Positions 47,254 through 56,598 of a stretch of 64,000 nt of DNA are shown here, piece by piece. The notes below the pieces were generated by a model that had not been told where the DNA came from, made no database searches, and was given only the letters and a program-made list of their open reading frames with translations. The DNA comes from Klebsiella phage vB_KpM_FBKp34: the sequence record MW394390.1. One strand, 5' to 3'. Position 1 is the first letter of the stretch, and the number at the start of each line of letters is the position of its first letter. The position numbers were made by a program, and so were the translations under genes.

Positions 47254-47841
47254 CTTTTGTGTCTCCTTTGTGGTTTATTCTATAAAATATGCAATTTCTA
47301 TGAGAGTGTCTTTTACCTTTTACAACAGCACTAACTAAGCGATAGTCAAAGCCATAATCTCTCATCTCTTCATTGCCATTCATAATAGCAACTATTTCAT
47401 TTGTGTCAAGAGTTATTGCAAATATTGTGAAAGATAATCTTGTTGCCCTCCTCCCACTTGGCATATCCTTCAACCCATTGGCAAGTGCGTGAATTTGGTT
47501 AGTTTTGTTATCAACCCACTCAAGGTTTTCAACATTATTGTTTTGCTTGTTACCATCCTTGTGGTTGACTTGAGGAAGTCTTGTAGGATTAGGTATAAAT
47601 GCTTCTGCAACTACACGATGAACCTTGAGACTGACTTTCTTGCCACTTTTATCCTTCGTCCTAAGACGTAAATAACCACAATTATCTTCTTGAAATTTTA
47701 AAATCTTGCCTTTTACTTTACATAAGGTTCCTGTATCAGACCGTGCATAAACACGGTCAACAGAATAGATATTACCTTCGTTATCTACTTCAAGATATCC
47801 TTCAAAATCCTGAACGGATTTCTTTGAGAATTCCATGTTCA
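47243..47841 (-). CDS. HNH homing endonuclease (NUMOD4-HNH type)
   Basis: FEGYLEVDNEGNIYSV (NUMOD4). VNHKDGNKQNNNVENLEWV (HNH). Start reassigned to MNMEFS, which has a GGAGA SD. Overlaps the ends of both nadV and prs. Confidence 0.7.
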
Positions 47842-48647
47842 TTTCTCCCTGAAATATTTTCCATCCATGGATGGTAAGTGTAAACCTCATCAACAAACCC
47901 TTCGAGGATATCTATCCCTTTTGAGAAGATACCATGTGTAACGTATAAAATTACACGTTTTGCACCTTTTTGTTTAAGAACCTCCCCTAATTTAAGAAAG
48001 GTGAACGCACCATCGGCGATGTCATCTACGATGACACATTCTTTACCAGCCACATCCCCAAAAACCTCTGTCCCGAAAATTTCTCCTGTCGTTACATCAC
48101 GAACCTTACCAGCCTCCACCAGTGGAAGGCGCATACGATCTGCAACCTTTTGTGCTTTCTTCCTTGCACCAGCATCTGGTGCTACAATAATAACGTCTCC
48201 ACCATAAAGGTGGTCATGGAATTCTGAAATCAGTATATCTTGACCACGAACATGAACATTGTTTAGTAATGCTGTTGAAACATCACTATGTGGATCATCT
48301 ACCACAACTTTATCAAAACCAAGCGAGTTTACAATGTTTGCAAATACCTTAATGGCAAGAGCTTCACCAGGCTGCATCACACGATCCTGCCGAGCATAGG
48401 GGATGTAAGGCAGATTTAGAGTAAACTCTGCATGAACATCAAGATTCTCAAGCCGAGAAACTGCATCCACGAGTAAAGCCAATACCATAATATCCGCAGA
48501 ATTTTTAATCTTTGCTGTAATGTCAACAAAACCAATACTACCTTTCGGAGCATGGTTCAAGTCAATCTTCACTTGCTCCTCACCACCTTTGAACGTAAAG
48601 TGGTCTACAGGAACAATAAGTTTGTTCAGTCTAAGTTCAAGACTCAT
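47802..48647 (-). CDS. prs: ribose-phosphate pyrophosphokinase (PRPP synthetase)
   Basis: 281 aa. PRPP-binding loop CVIVDDIADGAFT. NLDVHAEF region. Confidence 0.8.
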   Translation of the reverse strand: MSLELRLNKLIVPVDHFTFKGGEEQVKIDLNHAPKGSIGFVDITAKIKNSADIMVLALLVDAVSRLENLDVHAEFTLNLPYIPYARQDRVMQPGEALAIKVFANIVNSLGFDKVVVDDPHSDVSTALLNNVHVRGQDILISEFHDHLYGGDVIIVAPDAGARKKAQKVADRMRLPLVEAGKVRDVTTGEIFGTEVFGDVAGKECVIVDDIADGAFTFLKLGEVLKQKGAKRVILYVTHGIFSKGIDILEGFVDEVYTYHPWMENISGRNEHGILKEIRSGF

Positions 48648-49027
48648 TTTAAATCTCCTCTATTAACTACTATGTAATGTCTTGGTTTTGCATGACCTGA
48701 TTGGTCTACAAAACCACTCTTGATTCTTTGTATATAACCATACTCTTCCATCCTTTTCAAGAACTCTGTTACTTTTGTTCTTGATTTTTCCCCAAATCCA
48801 AGTAATTCACACAATGTTTGTTGGGAAGGATAGAACACTTTAGTCAAATCTGCAAGCTTGTCTTTCTTCTTAGCCAAGTGACAAAAGTAGTCATATCTCC
48901 ACCATAATCTTATCAATCTTTGTAAATCACCACCAGACAACCTCTTATCGAAAACCCAGTAGACAGGGATAGAGACAAAAGAGTTCTCTTTTATTATAAT
49001 CTCATTGTCATCTAACCTTATTTTCAT
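48644..49027 (-). CDS. putative winged-helix DNA-binding protein
   Basis: SRTKVTEFLKRMEEYGYIQRIKSG resembles a wHTH. Lies next to the repeat-rich divergent control region. Confidence 0.35.
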   Translation of the reverse strand: MKIRLDDNEIIIKENSFVSIPVYWVFDKRLSGGDLQRLIRLWWRYDYFCHLAKKKDKLADLTKVFYPSQQTLCELLGFGEKSRTKVTEFLKRMEEYGYIQRIKSGFVDQSGHAKPRHYIVVNRGDLK

Positions 49028-49091
49028 CCAAGTTGCTCCTGCCTGTATCTCACTCTATAAGTTTTACCACTTCACAGTTTCAGTGTCAACA

Positions 49092-49136
49092 CCTAATTGT
49101 CCCTAAAAAGAGACATTCCTAATTGTCCCTAAAAAG
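49092..49136. repeat. tandem direct repeat CCTAATTGTCCCTAAAAAG x2
   Basis: Copies at 49092-49110 and 49118-49136. Confidence 0.6.
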
Positions 49137-49213
49137 GCACACAATACTAACTTATGATCTAGTTTATAGACTAACTTATGATTATATATTATTAATTATA
49201 AATAATTAATATG

Positions 49214-49258
49214 ATTTAGATCACATGTAAATTTATACAGTTGTTTTGTGATCTAAAT
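49214..49258. repeat. perfect 12-bp inverted repeat ATTTAGATCACA / TGTGATCTAAAT
   Basis: Arms at 49214-49225 and 49247-49258. A third GATCACAT lies at 49277-49284. Confidence 0.6.
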
Positions 49259-49305
49259 TTATGTTTTATCATCTTTTGATCACATAGTAAAGTTAAAAAA
49301 TAATC

Positions 49306-49334
49306 TTGACTTTAGTCTAATAGATAGTTAGTAT
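49306..49334 (+). promoter_or_regulatory. sigma70-like promoter of the plus-strand operon
   Basis: TTGACT, a 17-nt spacer, then TAGTAT. GAGG SD and ATG at 49366. Confidence 0.4.
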
Positions 49335-49365
49335 CTATACATAAATTAATAATTATGAGGTACTT

Positions 49366-49662
49366 ATGTCAGATTTTACTACAATCATGTCAGTGGTAGA
49401 TAAACCGAACAAGCGTATGCGTAAAGAGAAACCTACCACTGAAGAAGTCTTGTTCTTAGATCAGGTAAGAAGTGTAAGACTCTCTGTAATCCATGGTCAA
49501 CCTGTTGTAGTGGTAACGGAAACAGAAAGAAGTTTTGAAGATGTCTTCAAACAGTACACCAGTGTGATGAAACTTTATGACAAAAGAGGCTTGATCACAC
49601 TGAAGAGTCTTGATAAAGTTACAGCTTCAGATTTAGATAAAAATATTGTGGAGATCCATTAA
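49366..49662 (+). CDS. hypothetical protein
   Basis: ORF with an SD. Confidence 0.45.
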   Translation: MSDFTTIMSVVDKPNKRMRKEKPTTEEVLFLDQVRSVRLSVIHGQPVVVVTETERSFEDVFKQYTSVMKLYDKRGLITLKSLDKVTASDLDKNIVEIH

Positions 49663-50708
49663 TGACTATTGGTTTGATTTTTGGGAAGTTTGCACCTTTA
49701 CACTTAGGACACATCAACATGGTGATCAAAGCTTCTGCTTTGGTTGACACATTGCATGTGGTCTTAAGTTATGATCAAAAATTCAATGATACATTAGAAC
49801 CTAGTGTTAGTGAACCTTTAACCAAAGCCAACAGACATTTAGCTTTGATTGAAACCTTTAAAGATTTTAATAACATCATCGTCAGTGTCATTGATGAAAG
49901 TGCGGTTCCTGGTTATCCAGAAGGTGAAGTAATGTTCACTAATATGCTGAAGAAAAAGACTAGAACTCTACACTTCGATAAAGTATTTACAAGTGAACCT
50001 AGTTATGATAAGTATCTTAAAGATAATTTTCCAGACTCTGAGCACATCGTTGTAGATGCTAACCGTGATGAAGTAAATATCAGTGCAACAATGATCAGAA
50101 ATAATCCCTATAAGTATTGGGATTTTATTGCTCCAGCCATGAGAAAACACTATGTGAAAAAAGTTTGTATCATTGGTGTAGAGTCTACTGGCAAATCAAC
50201 ACTAGTTAAAAAGCTCTCTAAAGCTCTACAGACGCTTTTTGTAGAAGAGGTAGGTCGAACTATCTGTGAGCAAGAATATGGCCTCACAGAGGCTTACATG
50301 AAGCCTGAAGACTATGTATACGTTGCTATGAAGCATAAGATGAAAGAAAAGGAACTTTTGCCATATGCAAACAAGATTTTGTTGAGTGATACAAATGCAG
50401 TTGTGACAGACTTTTCTATGAATACATTTAACAACTTGGAGCACTACTCCCCACTGTTGTCAGAGATCTGTTTTGCTGAGAAATATGATCTTGTCTTGTA
50501 CTTACGTAATGACATCCCTTGGGTAGATGACCCTTTACGTAAAAAATCAACACAAGATGACAGAGAAAAATCACAAAAGGTTCTTGACAATTTTGTATAC
50601 AACGTTTATAAAGTTTATGAGAAGTGTCCAGTTATCCAAATTGGTGGGACTTACGAAAACCGCTTCAATGAAGCAATGAAAGAAATTAAAAAACTTCTAG
50701 CAAGTTAA
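49662..50708 (+). CDS. NadR-like bifunctional NMN adenylyltransferase / ribosylnicotinamide kinase
   Basis: N-terminal FGKFAPLHLGHI (the HxGH nucleotidyltransferase motif). A second domain carries the Walker A GVESTGKST. Confidence 0.7.
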   Translation: MTIGLIFGKFAPLHLGHINMVIKASALVDTLHVVLSYDQKFNDTLEPSVSEPLTKANRHLALIETFKDFNNIIVSVIDESAVPGYPEGEVMFTNMLKKKTRTLHFDKVFTSEPSYDKYLKDNFPDSEHIVVDANRDEVNISATMIRNNPYKYWDFIAPAMRKHYVKKVCIIGVESTGKSTLVKKLSKALQTLFVEEVGRTICEQEYGLTEAYMKPEDYVYVAMKHKMKEKELLPYANKILLSDTNAVVTDFSMNTFNNLEHYSPLLSEICFAEKYDLVLYLRNDIPWVDDPLRKKSTQDDREKSQKVLDNFVYNVYKVYEKCPVIQIGGTYENRFNEAMKEIKKLLAS

Positions 50709-50722
50709 AAACAGGAGTCTTT

Positions 50723-50908
50723 ATGAAAATAGGTGATATGGTACGTTGTACTCACAGTGCAGATAATGATTTTACTGTAGGTAAGCTTTACATTATTGAT
50801 GCTTTTGATGGAGATGGTGATCCTATTCTAGTTGATAACGATGGATATATAGGTAACATTGGAGTGATTATGAATGGCTATCTTTACCAGTTTGAGGAGG
50901 TAAAATGA
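50723..50908 (+). CDS. hypothetical small protein
   Basis: ORF. Confidence 0.4.
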   Translation: MKIGDMVRCTHSADNDFTVGKLYIIDAFDGDGDPILVDNDGYIGNIGVIMNGYLYQFEEVK

Positions 50909-51603
50909 ATATTTATCTTAAAACAACTTTGACTGATTTTTATGGTTGGTCTAAGTTAGAATATCTTTGGCTTTTTGTTTGTTCCGTAACTATTGCAGCA
51001 ACATCAGTTATTATGGGTGCAACTCTCGTTGAATTTGTTTCATCTGTTACAGGGATCATTGGTGCGATCCTTGTTGCTAAAGGGAAACTCTCAAGTTACT
51101 ACTGGGGATTTGTTGCAACAGCATTGTATGCATATATCTCATTCACATACAAAATGTATGGTGAAACAATTATGTATACTGTATTGTTTACACCTTTACA
51201 GTTGATTGGTGGTATTCTTTGGTCTCAAAAGTTAAAGCTTTCTGAAGATGGACAGAAGGCGGATGTTGTTAAGAAATGGTTAACAACTCAACAACGTCTC
51301 ATTGTTACTGTTGGTACACTAATCGTTATTGCAGCCTATGCTTATGGTGTTTCCTTGTTGAAGGGATATTCTCCTGGTTTAGATTCTGCGACAGCAATTC
51401 TCTCTGTGCTAGCTACAGTGTTAATGGTACTACGTTACTCTGAACAATGGTATGTTTGGGTAATTGTTAACATTGTTGCCGTTGTTCTTTGGATTCAGGC
51501 TACAATGCATCATGAGGGTGGAGGAGCAGTCGTGTTAGTAATGTGGGTTGCTTACCTCTTAAACTCAGTGTATGGTGTATATCAGTGGCGTAAAATTGCT
51601 TAA
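50905..51603 (+). CDS. PnuC-like nicotinamide riboside transporter (inferred)
   Basis: 232 aa with about 7 TM helices, immediately after the NadR-like gene. Confidence 0.5.
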   Translation: MNIYLKTTLTDFYGWSKLEYLWLFVCSVTIAATSVIMGATLVEFVSSVTGIIGAILVAKGKLSSYYWGFVATALYAYISFTYKMYGETIMYTVLFTPLQLIGGILWSQKLKLSEDGQKADVVKKWLTTQQRLIVTVGTLIVIAAYAYGVSLLKGYSPGLDSATAILSVLATVLMVLRYSEQWYVWVIVNIVAVVLWIQATMHHEGGGAVVLVMWVAYLLNSVYGVYQWRKIA

Positions 51604-51632
51604 TAGATCCTTTTTGAGTTGTAGGAGATCAA

Positions 51633-51950
51633 ATGAACAAAGAACAAATCTTGGCAGAATTGGCTTACAATGAAGAATACAAAAAACTTATTGGTGATCA
51701 ATTGGATGTAATTTTCTCTGCCATAGACCGATATTCAGAGATGTCAAAAGAAGATATAGAAATTTTAGACATCTCAACAAGTAGAGAATTTCTTTTCAAT
51801 GATCATTCGGTATCTTATATTTATTGTAAATTTGATAAAAATCTTAAGGATTATGTAAATGCTATCCAGATGAAATTGATTTGCTGGCAAATGGCTAATC
51901 ATACTGGTAAAGATTATCCAATGGTTGTTTGTAAAGTATTGGAGGAGTGA
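51633..51950 (+). CDS. hypothetical protein
   Basis: ORF. Confidence 0.4.
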   Translation: MNKEQILAELAYNEEYKKLIGDQLDVIFSAIDRYSEMSKEDIEILDISTSREFLFNDHSVSYIYCKFDKNLKDYVNAIQMKLICWQMANHTGKDYPMVVCKVLEE

Positions 51951-52231
51951 TGAAAGAGTATGAAGATGGTTTGCCATTTGATCAGATGGATCTAGAGATA
52001 GTTTCATGCATACTACAAGATATCTTTAAGGAACTTGTGGAAGTTAAAGATATTTTGATTGATTTGAAAAGTAAACTTCCAGAAGAGCAAGAAAAACAGT
52101 TAGATACCATTATTGAATATGTTAGCATTGCAGGTGGCTCTATAGACAAAGCACATTTAGATACAAATGATGTTAACTTTATGAAATTCGGAGGCAAAGA
52201 TTTCAAATGGGAACCACTGGAAAAACAATAA
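51947..52231 (+). CDS. hypothetical protein
   Basis: ORF. Confidence 0.4.
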   Translation: MMKEYEDGLPFDQMDLEIVSCILQDIFKELVEVKDILIDLKSKLPEEQEKQLDTIIEYVSIAGGSIDKAHLDTNDVNFMKFGGKDFKWEPLEKQ

Positions 52232-52521
52232 AGAAAGAGAAATTTGATACTTCTGCTTTCGTGTTTGAGACTGATCTATCTGCTCTTGAAGAAAAGCTTC
52301 TGGCCTGTTATGCTGAGTTAGAGGATCTTCTTGAGTACCAACAACCTGATTCTGAACAAAGAAAAAGGATTGAGGAACTCAAGTATTGGCTTGGTTGGTA
52401 TGAGTTAAATTTACCAGAGGCTAAAAGGAGAAATTTAAAATTTATCTTAACTTGTGCAATAGAAAATAGAGTTTTAGGATTATATGAAAAGAAAAAAAGT
52501 TTTCGGAGTAGGAGTAAATGA
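52207..52521 (+). CDS. hypothetical protein
   Basis: ORF. Confidence 0.4.
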   Translation: MGTTGKTIKKEKFDTSAFVFETDLSALEEKLLACYAELEDLLEYQQPDSEQRKRIEELKYWLGWYELNLPEAKRRNLKFILTCAIENRVLGLYEKKKSFRSRSK

Positions 52522-53119
52522 CTCAAAGATTCCTGTTAGTTGGTGGGAGGATAGAGGAGAAAAAAGAGTTAGAATTTTATGCCCTTATTATGTAAAATGG
52601 ACAGACATGTTGAGACGATGTTATAGTGAAAAACAAAATCTTATGTCTCCTTGGTATGACTCTAAAGTTCATAATGAATGGCATATTTTTAGCAACTTCA
52701 AATCTTGGATGGAAAAACAAGATTGGGAAGGAAAACACCTAGATAAAGATATACTTGGAGATAAAAGTTTATATAGCAAAGATACTTGTGTATTTGTTCC
52801 ATATTATGTAAATAATGTTTTTCAAAATCACCAAGATTGTTCTTACTGTACATACCATAAACGTGACAATAAATATCAAAGTTCAATAAATTGGGATGGA
52901 AGAGTTAAACATATTGGTTATTTTGACAGTAAAGTAGAGGCACAATATGAATATTTTAAAGTTAAAATATTATACATATCTGGTAAAATTAAAAGGTATT
53001 TTTCAGAAAACTATGATTCTAGGGTTATGTTGAAATTAATAATGTTATACAATAACTTAGTTGAAACATTTCAAGCTTTAAAAGTAAAATTAATAGAGTT
53101 AAAAGGAGATTTAAAATGA
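52484..53119 (+). CDS. homing-endonuclease-like protein with an AP2-type domain (paralog of 2973..3671)
   Basis: Shares the CPYYVKW...LRRCYS...LDKDILG...[11 protein letters not shown] block. AP2-like [27 protein letters not shown]. Confidence 0.5.
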   Translation: MKRKKVFGVGVNDSKIPVSWWEDRGEKRVRILCPYYVKWTDMLRRCYSEKQNLMSPWYDSKVHNEWHIFSNFKSWMEKQDWEGKHLDKDILGDKSLYSKDTCVFVPYYVNNVFQNHQDCSYCTYHKRDNKYQSSINWDGRVKHIGYFDSKVEAQYEYFKVKILYISGKIKRYFSENYDSRVMLKLIMLYNNLVETFQALKVKLIELKGDLK

Positions 53120-53469
53120 ATTTTGAATTACCAGATATTTGTTTTAAAGTTGCAGACTGGTTGGATGGTCGTAAAATTCAACGACGAATTGTATGTGCAG
53201 CTAATAGATTTGAATTGAAAACTGGCGGAACTATCATTATTCCTGGTACTCGTCATTATTCTCGTGACATGGCAAATGTCTTGGATTTAATTTGTGATAA
53301 GCTGGTAACAGATCATGTTAGCGGTGATAATCAAGGGTTTGTTGATCAATGGGGTGAATATTTTACTCGTGAGGAAGCTTTGATTATTGCAACTCATGCT
53401 GGACAGATTAACACTGTACGCACCAAAGGTTATCCTCGTGATGTATTATTTAGTGAGGATTTATATTAA
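53116..53469 (+). CDS. hypothetical protein
   Basis: ORF. Confidence 0.4.
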   Translation: MNFELPDICFKVADWLDGRKIQRRIVCAANRFELKTGGTIIIPGTRHYSRDMANVLDLICDKLVTDHVSGDNQGFVDQWGEYFTREEALIIATHAGQINTVRTKGYPRDVLFSEDLY

Positions 53470-53960
53470 TGAGAGATATTCTTAAAGAACTTAATGTTAA
53501 TCATTTAAGTCATCAACTTGAAGATAATTGGCTAGATTTCTATGCTAGTACTTATGTGCAATGTCGTAAAAACTTTAGCGAAGCTTTACATCATGTCCAA
53601 GAACTCTTTAATGTAAAAGAGGATGAAATTTTAGCAAAATCATACTCAATTCGTGCTTATGATTACACTAATCCAGAGTTTATGCTAAAATTTTGGGAAG
53701 ATGTTAATCAATTTATTAAAGAAAATACCTCAGAAGATTGGAATTTTTCATATATTACTGTTGAAGATACTGAAAAATTCATAGACCAATATGATGATTT
53801 TGGTGAAGATTTTAAACAGATTAGTTTATATGCTTATGTTAAAAGCTTTGATCAATTTACATCACAAGAACAACAGGATGCAATTGATACAATGAGATAT
53901 TGTGAAATTAAACTTAAAGAAGCAAAAGAAAATTTAGATCAATATAAAAGAGGTATTTAA
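53469..53960 (+). CDS. hypothetical protein
   Basis: ORF. Confidence 0.4.
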   Translation: MRDILKELNVNHLSHQLEDNWLDFYASTYVQCRKNFSEALHHVQELFNVKEDEILAKSYSIRAYDYTNPEFMLKFWEDVNQFIKENTSEDWNFSYITVEDTEKFIDQYDDFGEDFKQISLYAYVKSFDQFTSQEQQDAIDTMRYCEIKLKEAKENLDQYKRGI

Positions 53961-53961
53961 T

Positions 53962-54519
53962 ATGTATGTGACTTCAGACCTGCATTTTATGCATAGGAGG
54001 GTTTCTGAATTTTGTCCTGCTTATAGAAAATGGAATTATCTTCATGATATGACAGAAGGACTTATTTTAGCTTGGAATGAAAAAGCTAAAACACCAGGGA
54101 CAAAAATGTATCATCTCGGCGATTTCTGCTTTGGGACACCAGAAGAAACAGATCTCATAGCTTCCCGTCTGAATGGTGATATTACATTTATTGTTGGCAA
54201 CCATGATTACTCAAAACACCGAGAAGTGCTTGAGAAGTATGGTGAAGTGAAGTATTACGATGAAGTTAAATATGGTAAGAAATTCTTTGTCCTTTGTCAC
54301 TATCCTATTGCATCTTGGAATAAACAAGGAAGAGGTTCAATTATGCTTCATGGGCATAGTCATGGAAGTTTTCCTGATGAAATGTATGGAAAGATGTTAG
54401 ATGTCGGTTGGGATGCACAAGGGAAGATCTTGCATTTTGATGAAATCATTGCTAAGATGGAGCGTCGTGAAGTAAAAGTAATTGACCACCACAAAAATTT
54501 TGGTTTAGATAATGAATAA
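53962..54519 (+). CDS. calcineurin-like metallophosphoesterase (lambda phosphatase-like)
   Basis: VTSDLHFMH, HLGDFCFG, FIVGNHDY and HGHSH motifs. Confidence 0.65.
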   Translation: MYVTSDLHFMHRRVSEFCPAYRKWNYLHDMTEGLILAWNEKAKTPGTKMYHLGDFCFGTPEETDLIASRLNGDITFIVGNHDYSKHREVLEKYGEVKYYDEVKYGKKFFVLCHYPIASWNKQGRGSIMLHGHSHGSFPDEMYGKMLDVGWDAQGKILHFDEIIAKMERREVKVIDHHKNFGLDNE

Positions 54520-54709
54520 AGACATTGATCTTATTGAGAATGTAATATTTCTTCTGAGTGAACTTGAAGATTATGTTGACAACCTAGATATGAGCGAATA
54601 TGATGACTTCAATGAGATGAAGGAAGCACAAAAAGAAGTTCTTAAACTTTTGAAGAATCTTACACGAAGGAGAGAAAATGAAGTTCAACGTAGACGACTT
54701 AGTTGCTAA
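54512..54709 (+). CDS. hypothetical small acidic protein
   Basis: ORF. Confidence 0.35.
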   Translation: MNKDIDLIENVIFLLSELEDYVDNLDMSEYDDFNEMKEAQKEVLKLLKNLTRRRENEVQRRRLSC

Positions 54710-55598
54710 AAATCTGGTGACTAAAAAGACTTACACCGAAGGCCCGTTCGCTGGTCTTTCTGTGCTCAAATATAAGAACAATGTGTTCTGGGACAACCTG
54801 TGGCATACAGACTCACGTCTGCTTGAGTGTCGTGGTATGGTTGTTGATGCAGAAGACAACGTTATTATCTGGCCTTTTACGAAGATTTTTAACCGTTTCG
54901 AGAATGGAACAGACTTACCACTCGATCAGCAGGTTGTTTGCATTCGTAAAGTCAACGGATTTATGGCAACTGCTGCGGTACGTGGTGAAAAACTTCTTGT
55001 ATCAACGACAGGAACCTTGGATTCTGAGTTCTCTGATCTGGCACGGAAATATCTTGAAAAGATGAAATTAGATCTTGTTGCATTTCCAGAGGACTATACT
55101 TTCATCTTTGAAATTTGTGACAGTAGCGACCCTCACATTGTTGAGGAGGAAGAGGGTGCATATTTGATTGGTATGCGAGACTTAGCCTTAAATGGGACAA
55201 TGCTTGAAGAATATCGTCTTGATCGCATAGCTGAAGTGATCGGAGCAAAGCGTCCTGAATGGCATAATATGTTCTTCAGTGATGTGATCAAGTACTCCAA
55301 GGCTGTAACTCACGAAGGTTTTGTTATCCGTAATGTCGGAACAGATAACGAAAACAGCGAACTGCTTCTTAAAATAAAGTCACCACATTACTTGACGAAG
55401 AAGTTCCTGATGCGAGGTGGACAGAACAAGTGGGACATGATCTGGGACAATCCAAAAGAAGCTAAAAAGCGTATTGATGAAGAATATTATAACCTTATTG
55501 ATTATTTACGCTGGGCCTTTGAAAAAGAGGAATGGGCAGTTAAAGATGCTCAATATCGTCGTAAATGGATCGAGGCTTATTTTGAGGAGAAATGCTAA
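54678..55598 (+). CDS. ligase-family covalent nucleotidyltransferase, probably an RNA ligase
   Basis: Motif I-like RKVNGF. Motif IV HEGFVIR. Motif V LLKIKSPHY. A separate canonical DNA ligase lies at 58009. Confidence 0.5.
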   Translation: MKFNVDDLVAKNLVTKKTYTEGPFAGLSVLKYKNNVFWDNLWHTDSRLLECRGMVVDAEDNVIIWPFTKIFNRFENGTDLPLDQQVVCIRKVNGFMATAAVRGEKLLVSTTGTLDSEFSDLARKYLEKMKLDLVAFPEDYTFIFEICDSSDPHIVEEEEGAYLIGMRDLALNGTMLEEYRLDRIAEVIGAKRPEWHNMFFSDVIKYSKAVTHEGFVIRNVGTDNENSELLLKIKSPHYLTKKFLMRGGQNKWDMIWDNPKEAKKRIDEEYYNLIDYLRWAFEKEEWAVKDAQYRRKWIEAYFEEKC

Positions 55599-55942
55599 TG
55601 ATCGTATGGCTTGATGACTTAAGAGATCCAAAAGACTACGGTTATCCTGATGCATTGTGGTTTAAGACCTCTCAGAAGTTTATGGATTTTCTTGATAATC
55701 GGTCAAAGTTCTATCGTTATGTCACAGAGTGGCATTTCGATAATGACCTCGGAGAAGATTCAGAAATGGAGGGCTATGACTGCCTGTTAGCCTTGGAAGA
55801 GAAGCTTGTGTATGGGAAACTTCCTGTGCATGATGCTAAACTCTATGTCCACACATCTAACCCTTCTGCGGCAAAAAAGTTCATGCTTGCAAAAGAGAGC
55901 TTCTTGAAGTATCGTATCACGATCTTAAGAAACAATTACTGA
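55592..55942 (+). CDS. hypothetical protein
   Basis: ORF. Confidence 0.4.
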   Translation: MLMIVWLDDLRDPKDYGYPDALWFKTSQKFMDFLDNRSKFYRYVTEWHFDNDLGEDSEMEGYDCLLALEEKLVYGKLPVHDAKLYVHTSNPSAAKKFMLAKESFLKYRITILRNNY

Positions 55943-55951
55943 GGAGAAGAG

Positions 55952-56377
55952 ATGGAAAAGACTCTGATTATCTTGCGTGGTGTGTCTGGTGCTGGTAAGT
56001 CTACAGTAGCAGAAATGTTATCAGATGGCGTATGGCCTATCTGTGAAGCAGATAAATTTCACTACACGGAAGAGGGTGTTTACGACTGGAAACCTGAAAA
56101 TATCCAGGCAGCGCATAAATGGTGTCAAAATCAAGTAAGAGGTTACATGGAAGACAGCTTCCATGGTTTAGGTAACTGGGTAAAAATAATTGTATCTAAC
56201 ACTACAACTACTGAAAAAGAACTTAAACCATATATTGACTTAGCTGAAGAGTATGGGTATAAAGTTGTTAGTTTGGTTGTTGAAAATAGACATGGAAATG
56301 ATTCTATTCATAACGTCCCACAGGAAATCCGTGATACTCAAGAGAGACGTCTTAGAAACTCATTAAAATTACAGTAG
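55952..56377 (+). CDS. P-loop kinase (polynucleotide kinase-like)
   Basis: Walker A ILRGVSGAGKST in a 141-aa protein. Confidence 0.5.
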   Translation: MEKTLIILRGVSGAGKSTVAEMLSDGVWPICEADKFHYTEEGVYDWKPENIQAAHKWCQNQVRGYMEDSFHGLGNWVKIIVSNTTTTEKELKPYIDLAEEYGYKVVSLVVENRHGNDSIHNVPQEIRDTQERRLRNSLKLQ

Positions 56378-56385
56378 GATAAATT

Positions 56386-56598
56386 ATGAAACATATTTTA
56401 ATAGTACTATTATTCTTATCTTATTCAGTTTTTGCAAATGAGAATAAGAAGGATGTATTTTTGTTTACACCTAAAACTGATGAGATCTTCGAAGTCAAAA
56501 CTAATGATGGAAAACAATTGTGGTGTTATGTCTCCGATAAATTAATAACGAGATTAACTATAAAGTGCTTTGATAAAAATTTTGATAAGGAGAAATAA
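56386..56598 (+). CDS. small secreted protein (signal peptide)
   Basis: MKHILIVLLFLSYSVFA. Confidence 0.4.
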   Translation: MKHILIVLLFLSYSVFANENKKDVFLFTPKTDEIFEVKTNDGKQLWCYVSDKLITRLTIKCFDKNFDKEK

